A stretch of DNA of 64,000 nucleotides from Octopus sinensis (lineage: Eukaryota): NCBI RefSeq assembly GCF_006345805.1, contig NC_043003.1:14446001-14510000 (forward strand), written 5' to 3'. Below are positions 38,697-51,428 of the stretch, piece by piece. The notes beneath the pieces were generated by a model. That model did no database searches and was not told the origin of the DNA. It saw only the letters and a list, made by a program, of their open reading frames with translations. The position numbers and the translations under genes are program-made. How positions within the stretch are numbered: position 1 is the first letter of the stretch; every line of letters starts with the position of its first letter.

Positions 38697-38875
38697 GATG
38701 GAATGAATTTTCATCTCCCTCTGATATTTATTGTGTTTTTAATACAACAAGTCTATAAGAGACGTTGTCTTAGGATAAATATTGTAGTAACTGGCCCATC
38801 AACAAAGTATCTACATAAAATATGATACATACACGGGCTGATACTTCATTACTTCATTAGACTGGTCTCTATCTA

Positions 38876-39312
38876 CAGTCGGGGCCAAAAGTTCGGAACA
38901 TATTTTTGTATATGTGATGTAGAAGCTTCTATTTATTAAAAGTACGCAATTTGATTTAAAACTCTATTTTTGGTTTTGCCTATTTTTTCCTCTAGATATT
39001 GAGCTATTGGATCAGTTATCCATCCATCCATCTCCTCCTCCTCCTCCTCCTCCTCCTCCTCCTCCTCCTCCTCCTCCTCCTCCTCCTCCTCCTCCTCATC
39101 ATCATCATCATCATCATCTCCATCATCATCATCATCACCATCATCATCACCATCATCATCCTCATCATCATTGTTTAACGTCTGCCTTCCATGCTGGCAT
39201 GGTTGGGTTATTTGCTAAGTATATCTCTATGTTGTATATATTTGAATCAAATTCTACTTGGGCATAAAAAATTTAATTACAAAAAGATCTTCCAAACTTT
39301 TGGCCATGAATG
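38876..39312. mobile_element. Tc1-like MITE (TA-flanked) containing (CCT)n(CAT)n and an RTE tail
   Basis: TA-CAGTCGGGGCCAAAAGTTCGGAA versus the reverse complement of the right end, TA-CATTCATGGCCAAAAGTTTGGAA. Confidence 0.55.
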
Positions 39313-39589
39313 TAGCTAGTTAGGAAGCACTTTATCTCTCATCTCTGAAGATGTATCAAGATTAAGAACTATCATCAAAAGTTCATTTAATGTAAGCCCT
39401 TTGCTCCCTATGGAATATAGGCCATTGCCAACTTTTCTCAACTGTCCACAATTCTGAGCTATTTTCTCTGAGATAAGGTCTTCCCAGGTCTTGGTAATGA
39501 ATTGTCATCAATGCTTCTGTAACTTAGTTCCTTTCTGGATAGGTACATTAGTCCTGTGCAAAATCATTTTTACCTTTGGGAAGAGGTTG

Positions 39590-39710
39590 TCTGCATATGT
39601 CTGGCCTCCATCCTTTGACCTGTCCAGCATGGGGAACCAAACTAAAATCTTGTGCTCCACTAGCATAACTCTCAGGGTCACTGAAGCATAGAAGCCACCA
39701 TACTGCAACA
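39590..39710 (-). mobile_element. probable RTE LINE 5' UTR remnant
   Basis: GACCCTGAGAGTTATGC...CCCCATGCTGGACAGGTCAAAGG..GAGGCCAGAC resembles the conserved RTE 5' region as recalled; not searched. Confidence 0.4.
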
Positions 39711-40006
39711 AGGACTGGACCTTGTTGTTGACTGTCAATAGTTACCATGCATTAATAGTTTCAATCAATATCAATAAAATATCACCACTAGATACTATGT
39801 CTCCATGGTAACACTATCTGCTTCATATGAACTAAAGTTTTAAGGATATTTCTCACAAAAGAAAGCATCCAGGTTCTTGACTCCAAATTTATCCGATGGC
39901 ATTATTTGCTCTCAACCAATTATCCATACATGCAATTGACACGCCTTTTTGGACTCCTCCATATCCTGGCTCAGAGGCAAAGAAGCAATTTCATTTCCCT
40001 TCCTCA

Positions 40007-40039
<33 letters not shown>

Positions 40040-40209
40040 TCTTATGTTTTATGTTTTTTTCTTTCTGTCTTTCATCCTTCGTTTTTAATTTCACTTCAAG
40101 AATTCATTAAGTTACAAAACACTTTCTTTTTTTCTTTCTTTTTTTTCTTGCTTCTTGGCAATGAGATTGTGGTAAAACCAAATTACTTTGTTAGAAATTT
40201 TAAATAGTA

Positions 40210-40960
40210 GTGATGATGCTGACGATGGCAATCGTGATGACTGAGGTGATGACAATGATAATGATGATGATGATGATGAATGATGATGATGATGATGATG
40301 ATGTTGTTGATGACGATGACGATTGTGATGATGATGATGTTGTCGATGACGATGACGATTGTGATGATGATGATGATGATGATGATGGTGATGGTGATGA
40401 TTGTGATGATGATGTTGCTGATGATGATAGTGATGATGATGATTGTGATAATGTTGATTATGATGATGATGATGATGGTGGTGGTCATAGTGGTGGCTGT
40501 GACAGTGGTTGTAGCAGTGGTGGAAGTGGTGGTGGTAGCTATGATGATGATGATGATGATGGTAGTGGTGGTGGTTGTGACAGTGGTGGTGGTAGTGGCG
40601 GTGGCAGTGGTGATGGTAGTGGTTGTGAATGTGGTGGTGATGGTGATGGTGGTGGCGGTTGTTGTCCTCGTGATCGTGTTGGTTGTGGCAGTGATGATGA
40701 TAATAGCGGTGGTGGTGGTTATGACAATGGTGGTGGTTGTGATAGTGGTGGTGGTGGTAGTTGTTGTGATGGTGGTGGTGTTAGTGATAGTGGTGGCTGT
40801 GATGATGATGATGACGATGGTGATGGTGATGGTGGTGATGATGATGATGGTGGTGGAGGCGATGGTGGTGGTTGTTGGGAACATGTTGGTCACGACAGTG
40901 ATGATAATGATGATGAAGATGATGATGGTGGCAGTGGTGGTAAGGTGATGATGATGATGA
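40210..40960. repeat. cryptic (GAT)n/(GGT)n trinucleotide repeat
   Basis: Direct reading of the sequence. Confidence 0.9.
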
Positions 40961-41288
40961 TCATATCATTCAGATATTTTACTAAAATCCCTCAAAAATG
41001 TTGATTATGTTCTAAATTAGCCAAAACATGCAGGCAACCTATTCATCAGATACGTAGCAATAAGAAGCTGCTGGAAAATTCTTGGTTTTACGTAAAAGAA
41101 AATCCAGGAGTACCAGTCTATTATGATTTTATCCAGAATATTCCTCTCTCAAATTCCTACACTTATTTCAGCGATCCTTCAGTTTTTCTGAGCCCTGGAA
41201 AAGAACTCTGGAGGTTGGGCCTCCAACCAGGCCTTTCATGATACCCATTAAAGCTAGGAACTTTTTAGCCTCACTTCATATATATAAT

Positions 41289-41613
41289 AGGTGCAAGAGT
41301 GGCTGCGTGGTAAATAGCTTGCTAACCAACCACATGGTTCTGGGTTCAGTCCTACTGTGTGGAAAGTGTCCCCTGCTATAGCCTCAGGCCGACCGAAGCC
41401 TTGTGAGTAGATTTGGCAGAGGGAAACTAAAAGAAGCCCGTTGTATATATATATGTGTGTGTGTGTGTTTGCATAGCTGTGTTTGTCCTCCTGCCATCGA
41501 TTGACAACCGATGCTGGTGTGTTTATGTCACCGTAACATTAGTGGTTTGGCAAAAGAGACCGATAGAATAAGTACTAGGCTTACAAAGAATAAGTCCTGG
41601 GGTCAATTTGTTT
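41289..41613 (+). mobile_element. family D SINE truncated at the minisatellite
   Basis: Normal sequence up to GGGGTCAATTTGTTT; the stem-loop tail is missing. Confidence 0.8.
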
Positions 41614-42333
41614 GAAGTTAGAACATCCTCGGAACTTCTCATGCAGTGTTCGATGAAATTTCCCAGAAATTGGAATATCCTCGGAGCTTCCCATGCAGTT
41701 TTCAAAGAAATTTCCCGGAAGTGAGAACATCCTCGGAACTTCCCATGCAGTTTTCGACCAAATTTCCCGGAAGTTAGAAAATCCTCGGAACTTCCCATGT
41801 AGTGTACGATTAAATTTCCCGGAAATAATAAAATCCTCAGAATTACCTGGAAGTTTTCGAAGAAATTTCCCGGAAGTTAGAAAATCATCGGAACTCCCCA
41901 TGCAGTTTTCGACGAAATTTCCCGGAAGTTAGAATGCCCTCGGAACTTCCCTTGCAGTTTTTGACCAAATTTCCCGAAAAATAAACATCCCCGGAATTTC
42001 CCATGCAGTTTTGGAAGAAATTTCCCGGAAGTTAGAACATTCTCGGAACTTCCCATGCAGTTGTCGACGAATTTTCCCGGAAATTAGAATATCCTCGGAA
42101 CTTCCCATGCAGTTTTCGAAGAATATCATAGGAACTTCCCATGCAGTTTTCGACCAAATTTCCCGGATGTTAGAAAATAATCGGAACTTCCTAGGAAATT
42201 TTCGACCAAAGTTCCAGGAAGTTAGAAAACCATCGGAACTTCCCAGGAAGTATTCGACTAAATTTCCCGGAAGTTAGATGATCCTCGGAACTTCCCATGC
42301 AGTTTTCGACGAAAGTCTTTGGAAGTTGGAAAA
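41614..42333 (+). repeat. 52-bp minisatellite, about 14 units
   Basis: Consensus GAAGTTAGAACATCCTCGGAACTTCCCATGCAGTTTTCGACGAAATTTCCCG; units start at 41614, 41666, 41718, 41770, 41822, 41873, 41925 and onward. Confidence 0.95.
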
Positions 42334-43047
42334 AATTGTAAAGCAAATATATATATTTATATCTGTGTGTATGAATATTGTAGCACTCTGTTGGTTATGA
42401 TTCAATCAATAGAACAACCTGCTCATGAAATTAAGGTGCAAGTGGCTGAGCACTCCACAGACACATGTATCCTTAACGTAGTTCTCAGGGAGATTCAGCA
42501 TGACACAAAGTGTGACAAGGCTGGCCCCTTTGAAATACAGGTACAACAGATACAGGAAGAAAGAGTGAGAGAAAGTTGTGGTAAAAGAGTACAGCAGTGT
42601 TCATCACCATCCCCTGCCGGAGTCTCGTGGAGCTTTAGGTGTTTTCGCTCAATAAACATTCACAACGCCCAGCCTGGGAATTGAAACCACGATCCTACAA
42701 CTGTGAGTCTACTGCCCTAACCACTAGGCCATTGTGCCTCCATATATGAATATATACATATATATATATGTACAAACATAATACGTATATATGTGTATAT
42801 ATATATATACATAAACATACACACACACATACAGACATATGTATGTGGCTGGTTGATGAATTTCTGTAAGCATTGAACTCAACATAATGATTACCCCATA
42901 GCTTATCTGTTCAAGGTTGAAGAAAAAGAAGATAATTCTATTGATATATTTTTAACAGAATGCTTGTGTATTTGTCTAGATTGAAATTCAAGAATATTCT
43001 CTGGTGTTTCACAATTGACTGTTGGCCAATAAATGTCTATATATACA

Positions 43048-43083
<36 letters not shown>

Positions 43084-43135
43084 TATATAATACATATATA
43101 CATATATATATATATATTATATATTTATATGTATA

Positions 43136-43176
<41 letters not shown>

Positions 43177-43207
43177 ATATATATATTATATATATATACA
43201 TATATAC

Positions 43208-43238
<31 letters not shown>

Positions 43239-43263
43239 TATATATATATACATATATACACAC

Positions 43264-43324
<61 letters not shown>

Positions 43325-43364
43325 AAATCTTGCACAACAAATATATAAACGTACTATATATATT

Positions 43365-43404
<40 letters not shown>

Positions 43405-43500
43405 CTATCTATCTATCTATATATATATATATATAATATATATATATTTATATGTATATATATATTTATATGTATATATATATATATATATATTTATATG

Positions 43501-43535
<35 letters not shown>

Positions 43536-43567
43536 TTATATGTATATATATATTTATATGTATATAT

Positions 43568-43676
<109 letters not shown>

Positions 43677-44319
43677 GTTCATACTTAAAAGTAGGTTGGT
43701 ATTTGGGGTTCATTTTATATAAGAGATCAATACGAATTTGAAGACAAATGGGGAGAGCACTCAATTCTGTTATTGTTCGGTTGACAATGGACCCTACAGG
43801 ATAGAAAAAAACAAACAAAACCTCCAAACTATAGTTTTTATAGTAATTCTTCCAGTTCTATTGCTACAATATATTTGATTAAATATTTTGAGGAAATACA
43901 AAGTCTTCATGGAAACATAAAAAACAAAAAATTAAAAATTGGTAAAAACTCCCCAGCGAAAGGTGTTGTCTCAAAAATGATAGAATTTCTGTTTCAAAGA
44001 ATTATTAGAAAAAGGTTTCAAAAGGGAAAAATCCATTGGGACATGCAAGCACCTCATTGATTTCGATTGATATAAGGAATTTTACAAGGAAGTTTTGCAA
44101 GATATTTGCATAATGATGCTCAAGTGAAAATAAAGGAAAAAAGACAAAAACTGCCCCCAGCCGCAAAAACAAAAAACAGGAAAAGAAAATAATGATGATA
44201 AAACAAAAAAATTAAAAATAGTAGTAATAGTAGTAGTAGCAGCAGCAGCAGCAACAGTAACAACAACAATAATAGTAGTAGTAGTAATAGTAGGCAGAGG
44301 AGGATGGGGAGTAGTAGTG

Positions 44320-44377
<58 letters not shown>

Positions 44378-44443
44378 TAGTGGTAGTAGCAGCAGCAGCA
44401 GTAGTTTAAAGCTTACCAGTCTCTAAATGAATGTAATAATTTG

Positions 44444-45785
44444 AAAGGCGACGATCTGGCGAAATGCTTAGTGGTATTTCATCTATCTTTGCAGTCTGAG
44501 TTCAAATTACACCAAGGTCGACTTTACCTGTCATCCTTTTGGGGGTTGATAAATTAAGTAACAGTTGCATACTGGGGTCAATATAATCAACTGCCCTCCT
44601 CCCTAGAGTAGAAAAGAATATATTATAAAGGCTGCAAGCTGGCAGAATCGTTAGCACACCAGGCGAAATGCTTAGCAGTATTTCGTCTGCCGCTACGTTC
44701 TGAGTTCAAATTCCGCCGAGGTTGACTTTGCCTTTCATCCTTTCGGGGTTGATTAAATAAGTACCAGTTATGCACTGGGGTTGATATAATCAACTTAATC
44801 CGTCTGCCTGTCCTTGTTTGTCCCCTCTGTGTTTGGCCCCTTGTGGGTAGTAAAGAAATAGGTATTTCGTCTGTCTTCATATTCTGAGTTCAAATTCTGC
44901 TGAGGTCAACTTTGCCTTTCATCCTTTTGGAGGGGTCCATAAATTAAGTACCAGTTGCATACTAGGGTCCATATAATCAACTGCCCTCCTCCCTAAAAAT
45001 TTCGGGCTATGTAACTAGAGTAGAAAAGAATATATTATAAAGGTGGCGAGCTGGCAGAAATGTTAGCACGATGGGTGAAATGCTTAGCGGTATTTCGCCT
45101 GTCTTTACATCCAGAGTTCAAATTCCACCAAGGTTGACTTTGCCTTTCACCCTTTCAGGGTTGATAAATTAAGTACCAGTTGCATACTGGGGTTGATCTA
45201 ATCGATTGTCCCCTCCCCACTCAAATTTACACACTGGGGTTGATATAATCGACTTAATCCGTGTGTCAGTCCTTGTTCGTCCCCTCTGTGTTTAGCCCCT
45301 TGTGGGTAGCAAAGAAATAGGAATTTCGTCTGTCTTTATGTCCTGAGTTCAACTTCTGCTGAGGTTGACATTGCCTTTTTGGGGAGAGGGCCAGTCGATT
45401 AGGTCGACCCCAGTATGCAACTGGTACATAACTTATTGACCCTCGAAAGGATGAAAGGCAAAGTAGACCTCAGTGGAATTTGAACTCAGAAAGTAGAAAT
45501 GGGCGAAATACCGCTAAGCATTTCCTCCAGCGTGCTAATGAGTCTGCCAGCTCGCTGTCTTAGTAATAATAATAATCTTTTCCACTCTAGGCACAAGGCC
45601 CAAAATCGTTTGGGAGGGGGCCAGTCGATTAGATTGACTCCAGTACACAACTGGTACTTAATTTATCGACCCTCAAAAGAATGAAAGGCAAAGTTGACCT
45701 CGGCGGAATTTGAACTCAGAACAAAAAGACGAAATGCTGCTAAGCACTTCATCAAGCATGCTAATGTTTCTGCCACTTCACTGCC

Positions 45786-45790
<5 letters not shown>
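44444..45790. mobile_element. cluster of family C SINEs (+ strand to about 45370, - strand after)
   Basis: Repeated GAGTTCAAATTC / GACTTTGCCTTTCATCC / AAGTACCAGTT blocks with two alternative tails. Confidence 0.85.
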
Positions 45791-45860
<70 letters not shown>

Positions 45861-46224
45861 TCAATAATAATAATAATAATAATCATACTTTTTTATGTTT
45901 TGATATAAAAATTGAAAAAACCAACCATGTATATAAAAATTATGGACTTGGGTTTGCACCCACTAAGCATATTTCATTCCTGCACTTATGACAAGATTAG
46001 CTGATTACATCGACCCCAGTATTTAACTGGTACTTATTTTATTGATCCTGATATGATGAAAAGCAAGGCTGACTTTGGCAGAATTTGAACCTGGAATGTA
46101 AAGATAGACTTACTGAAGGTGCTGTGCAGTGTAATTGAACCCAAAACGTCCTTGTCGGGACGTGAGCATCTGAACCACACAGCCATGAATGAGCAGGGAA
46201 GAGAGAGAGAGAGAGTGAGAGCGA

Positions 46225-46258
<34 letters not shown>

Positions 46259-46699
46259 ATAGAGAAAGACACAGAAGAAGAGAAGGGAAGAGCGAGGGTT
46301 TATTTTTATTGTTCTTTAGGTTTTCTATTACATTCCATTTTTTGGGGATGGCCATTACATTTCTTAGTTCTGTTTTTTTTTTCTTCAAGAACATTCCAAC
46401 ATGCCTCTTCCTGGATTGGTTTCATTTCATAAACACCAAAAAGTTGAAAAAAAAATGGAACGATTTGAATATTTGGCTTCATTAAGTGACATAGCATCTG
46501 GCCTGGTAATTCTAGAAAAATCTTTTTCCTGGGGTATGGGGTATATTAGTTTACTTATTTGAAGTTGATGGCAGTGGAGGAGACAGAGATGGAGATGGAG
46601 TTTGTTAGTCAGGAAGAGTTGGATATACGGGTATATGGGTATATCTCATCTTGGTGGGGAATCGCTAAACTGCGTATCTGGATACGGTCCAACGCTCAA

Positions 46700-47040
46700 C
46701 ATTTAAAACGGTTCAGCTGTCTGTCTTGGACATAGAAACTGAAGGCTGGGTATCACTTGGTTTCTTCATCATGTCTGTAAGTTCCATGAGGCCTGGAAGT
46801 TCCAGAAATTCTTCAAACATTACAAACAGTTCCATCGTGTAATTACCATTGCCTGCAAACTAATTTCCTTTTCTATTTGATTAATGCTTATAAATTAATG
46901 AAATTTCTTAAAGACAATTCTCACCACATAGATTTTGATGTCTCAGTGAAAGTTACTGATGGGTGACTCCTATTAATTGTCCGCTCGTCCATGAAGTATT
47001 TTATCCATTTTGTTATCCTATTTCTCTTGGTGTACGCTGC
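46700..47040 (-). pseudogene. probable hAT (ZBED-like) transposase remnant
   Basis: EISLQAMVITRWN followed, after a frameshift, by LFVMFEEFLEL fits the hAT L...V.TRWNS.Y.ML.RFLEL pattern. Confidence 0.45.
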
Positions 47041-47085
47041 CTGTGTTTCAATAAATTTTGAAAATAAGGAAGAATTCAGAAAATA

Positions 47086-47770
47086 GCAAGAGTGGCTGTG
47101 TGGTTAGTAGCTTGTTTACCAACCACATGGTTCCGGGTTCAGTCCCACTGCGTGGCACCTTGGGCAAGTGTCTTCTACTATAGCCTCGGGCTGACCAAGG
47201 CCTTGTGAGTAAATTTGGTAGACAGAAACTGAAAGAAGCCCGTCATATATGTGTATATATATATACATGTGTGTATGTATATATGTGTGTGTGTGTGTGT
47301 TTGAGTTTGTGTGTCTGTATTTGTCCCCTCCCCCCAACATCGCTTGACAACCGATGCTAGTATGGTTATGTCCCCGTAACTTAGCGGTTCGGCAAAAGTG
47401 ACCGATAGAATAAGTACTAGGCTTCCAAAGAAGAAGTCCTGGGGTCGATTTGCTCGGACTAAAGGCAGTGCTCCAACATGGCCACAGTCAAATGACTGAA
47501 ACAAGTAAAAGAGTAAAGAGTAAAGAGCATATGTGTGTGTGTGTGTTTGAGTTTGTGTGTCTGTGTTTGTCCCCTCCCCCCAACATCGCTTGACAACCGA
47601 TGCTGGTGTGTTTACATCCCCCGTAACTTAGCAGTTCGGCAAAAGAGACTGATAGAATAAGTACTAGGCTTACAAAGAATAAGTCCTGTGGTCGATTTGC
47701 TCGGACTAAAGGCAGTGCTCCAGCATGGCCGCAGTCAAATGTTTGAAACAAGTAAAAGAGTAAAAGAGTA
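47086..47770 (+). mobile_element. family D SINE with duplicated 3' half
   Basis: Full unit to about 47527, then a second microsatellite and 3' half. Confidence 0.8.
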
Positions 47771-49337
47771 TTATCATGCTAGTGTTTAAGGTGGTAAGCT
47801 GGCAGGATTGTTATTATGCTGGGCCAAATGCTTAGCAGCATTTTGTCTGTCTTACATTGAGTTCAAATTCTGCTGAGGTCCACTTTGTCTTTCATCCTTT
47901 TTGGGGTCAATAAAATAAGTACCAATTGAACTCTGGAGTCGATGTAATTGACTTACCCCCACCCCTGAAGTTGCTGGCCTTGTGCCAAAATTGGAAATCA
48001 TTGTTATACTAGTGTTTAAGTGGGGTGAGCTGGCAGAATTGTTACTGTACTGGGCAAAATGCTTAGTGACATTTTATCCATCATTAATTTCTGAGTTCAA
48101 ATTCTGCCAAGGCTCACTTTGCCTTTTATCCTTTTGGGACCAATAAATCAAGTACCAGTTGAACACTGGAGTCAGTGTAACTGACTGGCCCCTTTCCCAC
48201 AAAAATTCCAGGCCTTGCTTGGAAGAAATTAACATGAAAACTTGATGGAAGGTTTTAATTCAGACCACTTTAAAACATGAAGCTTGTTTATTAGAATTAG
48301 GGACCGTCTTGGAGAGATTGCTATCAAAAGGGTTATTATAACTTTTCTGATTTCAACCACTTTTCATTATAACTTCTGTATTCTTAAACCTCAATTAAAT
48401 ATTTCCAAATCCTAAAAGTAAATGTAGTCTATAATATTCTGACGTTTGTGTAAAGTTTTTTTCCATTTCATTGTCCAGAATTCTAAATAAGCTATGTCTT
48501 CTACATTTGTTAATGTGAATGTAAATGTAATATCATTTTTTTCCCCCCCTCTTTGCAGCTACAAAAACTGCACTGGGTCAATAACAATATTAGTTTTTGT
48601 ATATTACTTCATAAATTATTTTTTTCTTTTATATTCCTCTGTCTGTACCAAATTTTCCATTCTTTTCTTTCTCTTTTTTTTTTCCTTCCATTTCTCGCTG
48701 CTTTCACATATTGTTTAAGTTGTACCTTCAATCATATATCTTCAGAAATTGATATTTCTTGGCTTTCAGCAGCCGCCAACTCCTCAATGTCGACTACTAT
48801 TGAGATTCCTTGACCTTAGGTGGCCTCTATTTTATGTTTGGTTTCATATTTTCCAAAACCACAGTGGTAGCCTAACATATAACTTGTTTTTCCTGTTTTT
48901 ATATTGCTACGTCTGTATTTTGTAACCTTAAAAAATGCCATATATCTACAATACAGAGATGCAAATTTTCAAAGAAGCGAAGTAGTTTTTTTAATTGACG
49001 CTAGTATTTCACTAATATTTATTTTATCGACCCAGGAGGAATAAAAGACGATGTTATTCCAGAGGGCATTTGCACTTAGATTATAAAAGTTTATAATCTA
49101 TACAGCCATGAACACAGAGACACAAACTATAAGAAGCAAACATTGTCCATTAAATAAACCTGGTACTTACTTACGTTATTAATCCTAGATGCACTAATGG
49201 CAAAATTGAAGCTGAGTAAGATTTACATTTAGATTGTGAAAGGGAAATTTCTTAATATCCCCTACAAGGCATTTTGTCTGGTCCTACTTAAATGTTAACC
49301 TTATGGTGACAGCCAGGTGGCTATTCACAACACCAGG

Positions 49338-49566
49338 CGGCGAGCTGGCAGAAACGTTAGCACGTCGGGCGAAATGCTTAGCGGTATTTCGTCTGCCATT
49401 ACGTTGTGAGTTCAAATTCCACCGAGGTCGTCTTTGCCTTTCATCCTTTCGGAGTCGATAAATTAAGTACCAGTAACGCGCTGGGGTCAATGTAATCGAT
49501 TTAATCCCTTTGTCTGTCCTTGTTTGTCCCCTCTATATTTAGCCCCTTGTGGGTAATAAAGAAATA
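49338..49566 (+). mobile_element. young full-length family C SINE monomer
   Basis: 16-bp TSD TATTCACAACACCAGG at 49322-49337 and 49567-49582; CpGs retained. Confidence 0.9.
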
Positions 49567-50087
49567 TATTCACAACACCAGGGAATGTTTTATTCAATGT
49601 TCTCTGTATTTGTGGTAAAGAATTTTTGTCTGAGTATGTGGCTGGCTGCAAGGACATACCATTGGAAAGGTAGAGGAAGGCTAAAATGCAGCTGGTCTTG
49701 CTCTGATATTTATTGCGTTTTTAACACAGCACTTCCATAAGAGATGTTATCTCAGGAAACATACTGCTGTAACAGGGCCTATCGACAGTGTATATACTTT
49801 AAGTATGATATGTAGATGACTATTTTAGTGACTTGTAACTTTGGAATAATTGTTTCTAACACAAGTACAAAGTTAGAAATTCGGGAGAGGTGACTAACTG
49901 ATGTCATCAACCCCAGAACTTGATTAGTACTTAATTTTATTGACCTACCCCCATTACCACCAATAGGATGAAAGGCAAAATTAGTCTCAGCAAGATTTGA
50001 ACTCAGAATGTAAGGCTAAAAGAGATGCTACTAAGCATTTTGTCTGGTGTGCTAATGATTCTGCCAGCTCACTGCCTTAAAGTTGCC

Positions 50088-50552
50088 TTAATGGGCTACA
50101 GCAAATATTCTGCTCAATACCACAGATTTGCTTGTCAGTTGTTTGACCTTAACCAGTTGAGCATGTCCCTTAGGGGCTGACGATATGTGCATCTCTGATC
50201 ACGAGCAGAAGTAGTGGGGGAGCATCATAGCCATGTGTTGAGAAGGATTCTTTGGGGTTTGAATAATTCACCTCTGGAAACATGGGTGTTTCGTTCAACG
50301 TCCTTAAACAACCCTTATTCAGGAACCTTTTGAGCGGGATGGGTTACTCGATCTGAAGAAAATTCTAACTGGGCTCCACCTGCAAGGTCATGTGCTGTTT
50401 ATCTTGATATGAGATCACCATGTCGCGCACATATGGTTGTGATGCATGTGCCTGGTGTACCCTTATCAGACGGGTAGTCATGATGGGTATACTGGGCTTC
50501 GTATATTTTACCCCAGTGTCACTTTGATGGCATGAACGGCTCTCTCACTCAA
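50088..50552 (+). mobile_element. (AAT)n-tailed non-coding element U (probable LINE 3' UTR or non-autonomous derivative)
   Basis: Near-identical to about 55392-55857; both copies end CTCTCTCACTC followed by an AAT-type run. Confidence 0.7.
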
Positions 50553-50608
50553 TAATAATAATAATAATAATAATCATAATCATAATAATAATAAAAATAA
50601 TAATAATA

Positions 50609-50663
<55 letters not shown>

Positions 50664-50729
50664 CGATGACGATGACGATGATGATGACGATGACGACGAT
50701 GAAGATGATGATAATAATGATGATGATGG

Positions 50730-50808
<79 letters not shown>

Positions 50809-50815
50809 GATGATG

Positions 50816-50847
<32 letters not shown>

Positions 50848-50885
50848 TTAAACAACAAAAATAATAATAATAATAATAAAAACAA

Positions 50886-51358
50886 CAACAAGTATGGACT
50901 TGACGGAGTAAAAAATTGGTTCAAACATAAGCCCGAAGGCATCATCGAAAGTGATAATGCAATGATCCTGTGGGATTTTATGATTCAATGCGACCACGAG
51001 ATAGAGAATAGGAAGCCAGACATAGTGTTAATTGAGAAAGAAAGCAAACGATGCTGGATCATAGATATAGCATGCCTAGCTGACAACAAGGTATGCGATA
51101 AGGAAGAAAGAAAAGTCGATAGTTACGACAGGTTAGCTTGAGGGGTTAAGCAGTTGTATTCGCTGAAAATGGTAGTAGTAAAAGTTGGAAAAAATTGGGG
51201 CTGCAATAAGGGGGGAGCACTTGCAGAAAACAGCTTGGAACCACTCGAATTCTCTGGACAGTGCTCAAAAAAAAAAAGGGGGCATTACCTTAGTTTACTG
51301 GGACTGAACAGCTGGCACCATAGTACATCTCCAGCATTATAAACTGTGCAAAGACCAT
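50886..51358 (+). pseudogene. RLE LINE family V 3' fragment
   Basis: WFKHKPEGIIESDNAMILWDFMIQCDHEIENRKPDIVLIEKESKRCWIIDIAC (RLE PD...D); 3' UTR ends GTGCAAAGAC followed by (AAT)n. Confidence 0.8.
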
Positions 51359-51428
51359 AAGATAATGATAATAATAATAATAATAATAATAATGATAATA
51401 ATAATAATGATAATAATAATAATAATAA

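Noticed and set aside
40183-41004. Asp/Gly-rich 264-aa ORF resembling an acidic matrix protein
   Set aside because: All frames are open on a cryptic (GAT/GGT)n repeat; no signal peptide, splice sites or non-repeat domain.
41000-41060. CUGAUGA on the minus strand followed by a UAGG/CCUG hairpin
   Set aside because: No GAAA box after the stem, so not a hammerhead.
41581-42277. Short ORFs over the minisatellite
   Set aside because: By-products of the 52-bp repeat cycling through frames on both strands.
41614-42333. CRISPR-like array or coding repeat
   Set aside because: No unique spacers, eukaryotic context with no cas genes, and a 52-bp period that is not a multiple of 3.
46713-46852. Apparent terminal exon on the minus strand (NGNYTMELFVMFEEFLEL...TDS*)
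   Set aside because: Weak polypyrimidine tract; the overlapping frame gives VITRWN, so a frameshifted hAT transposase relic explains it better.
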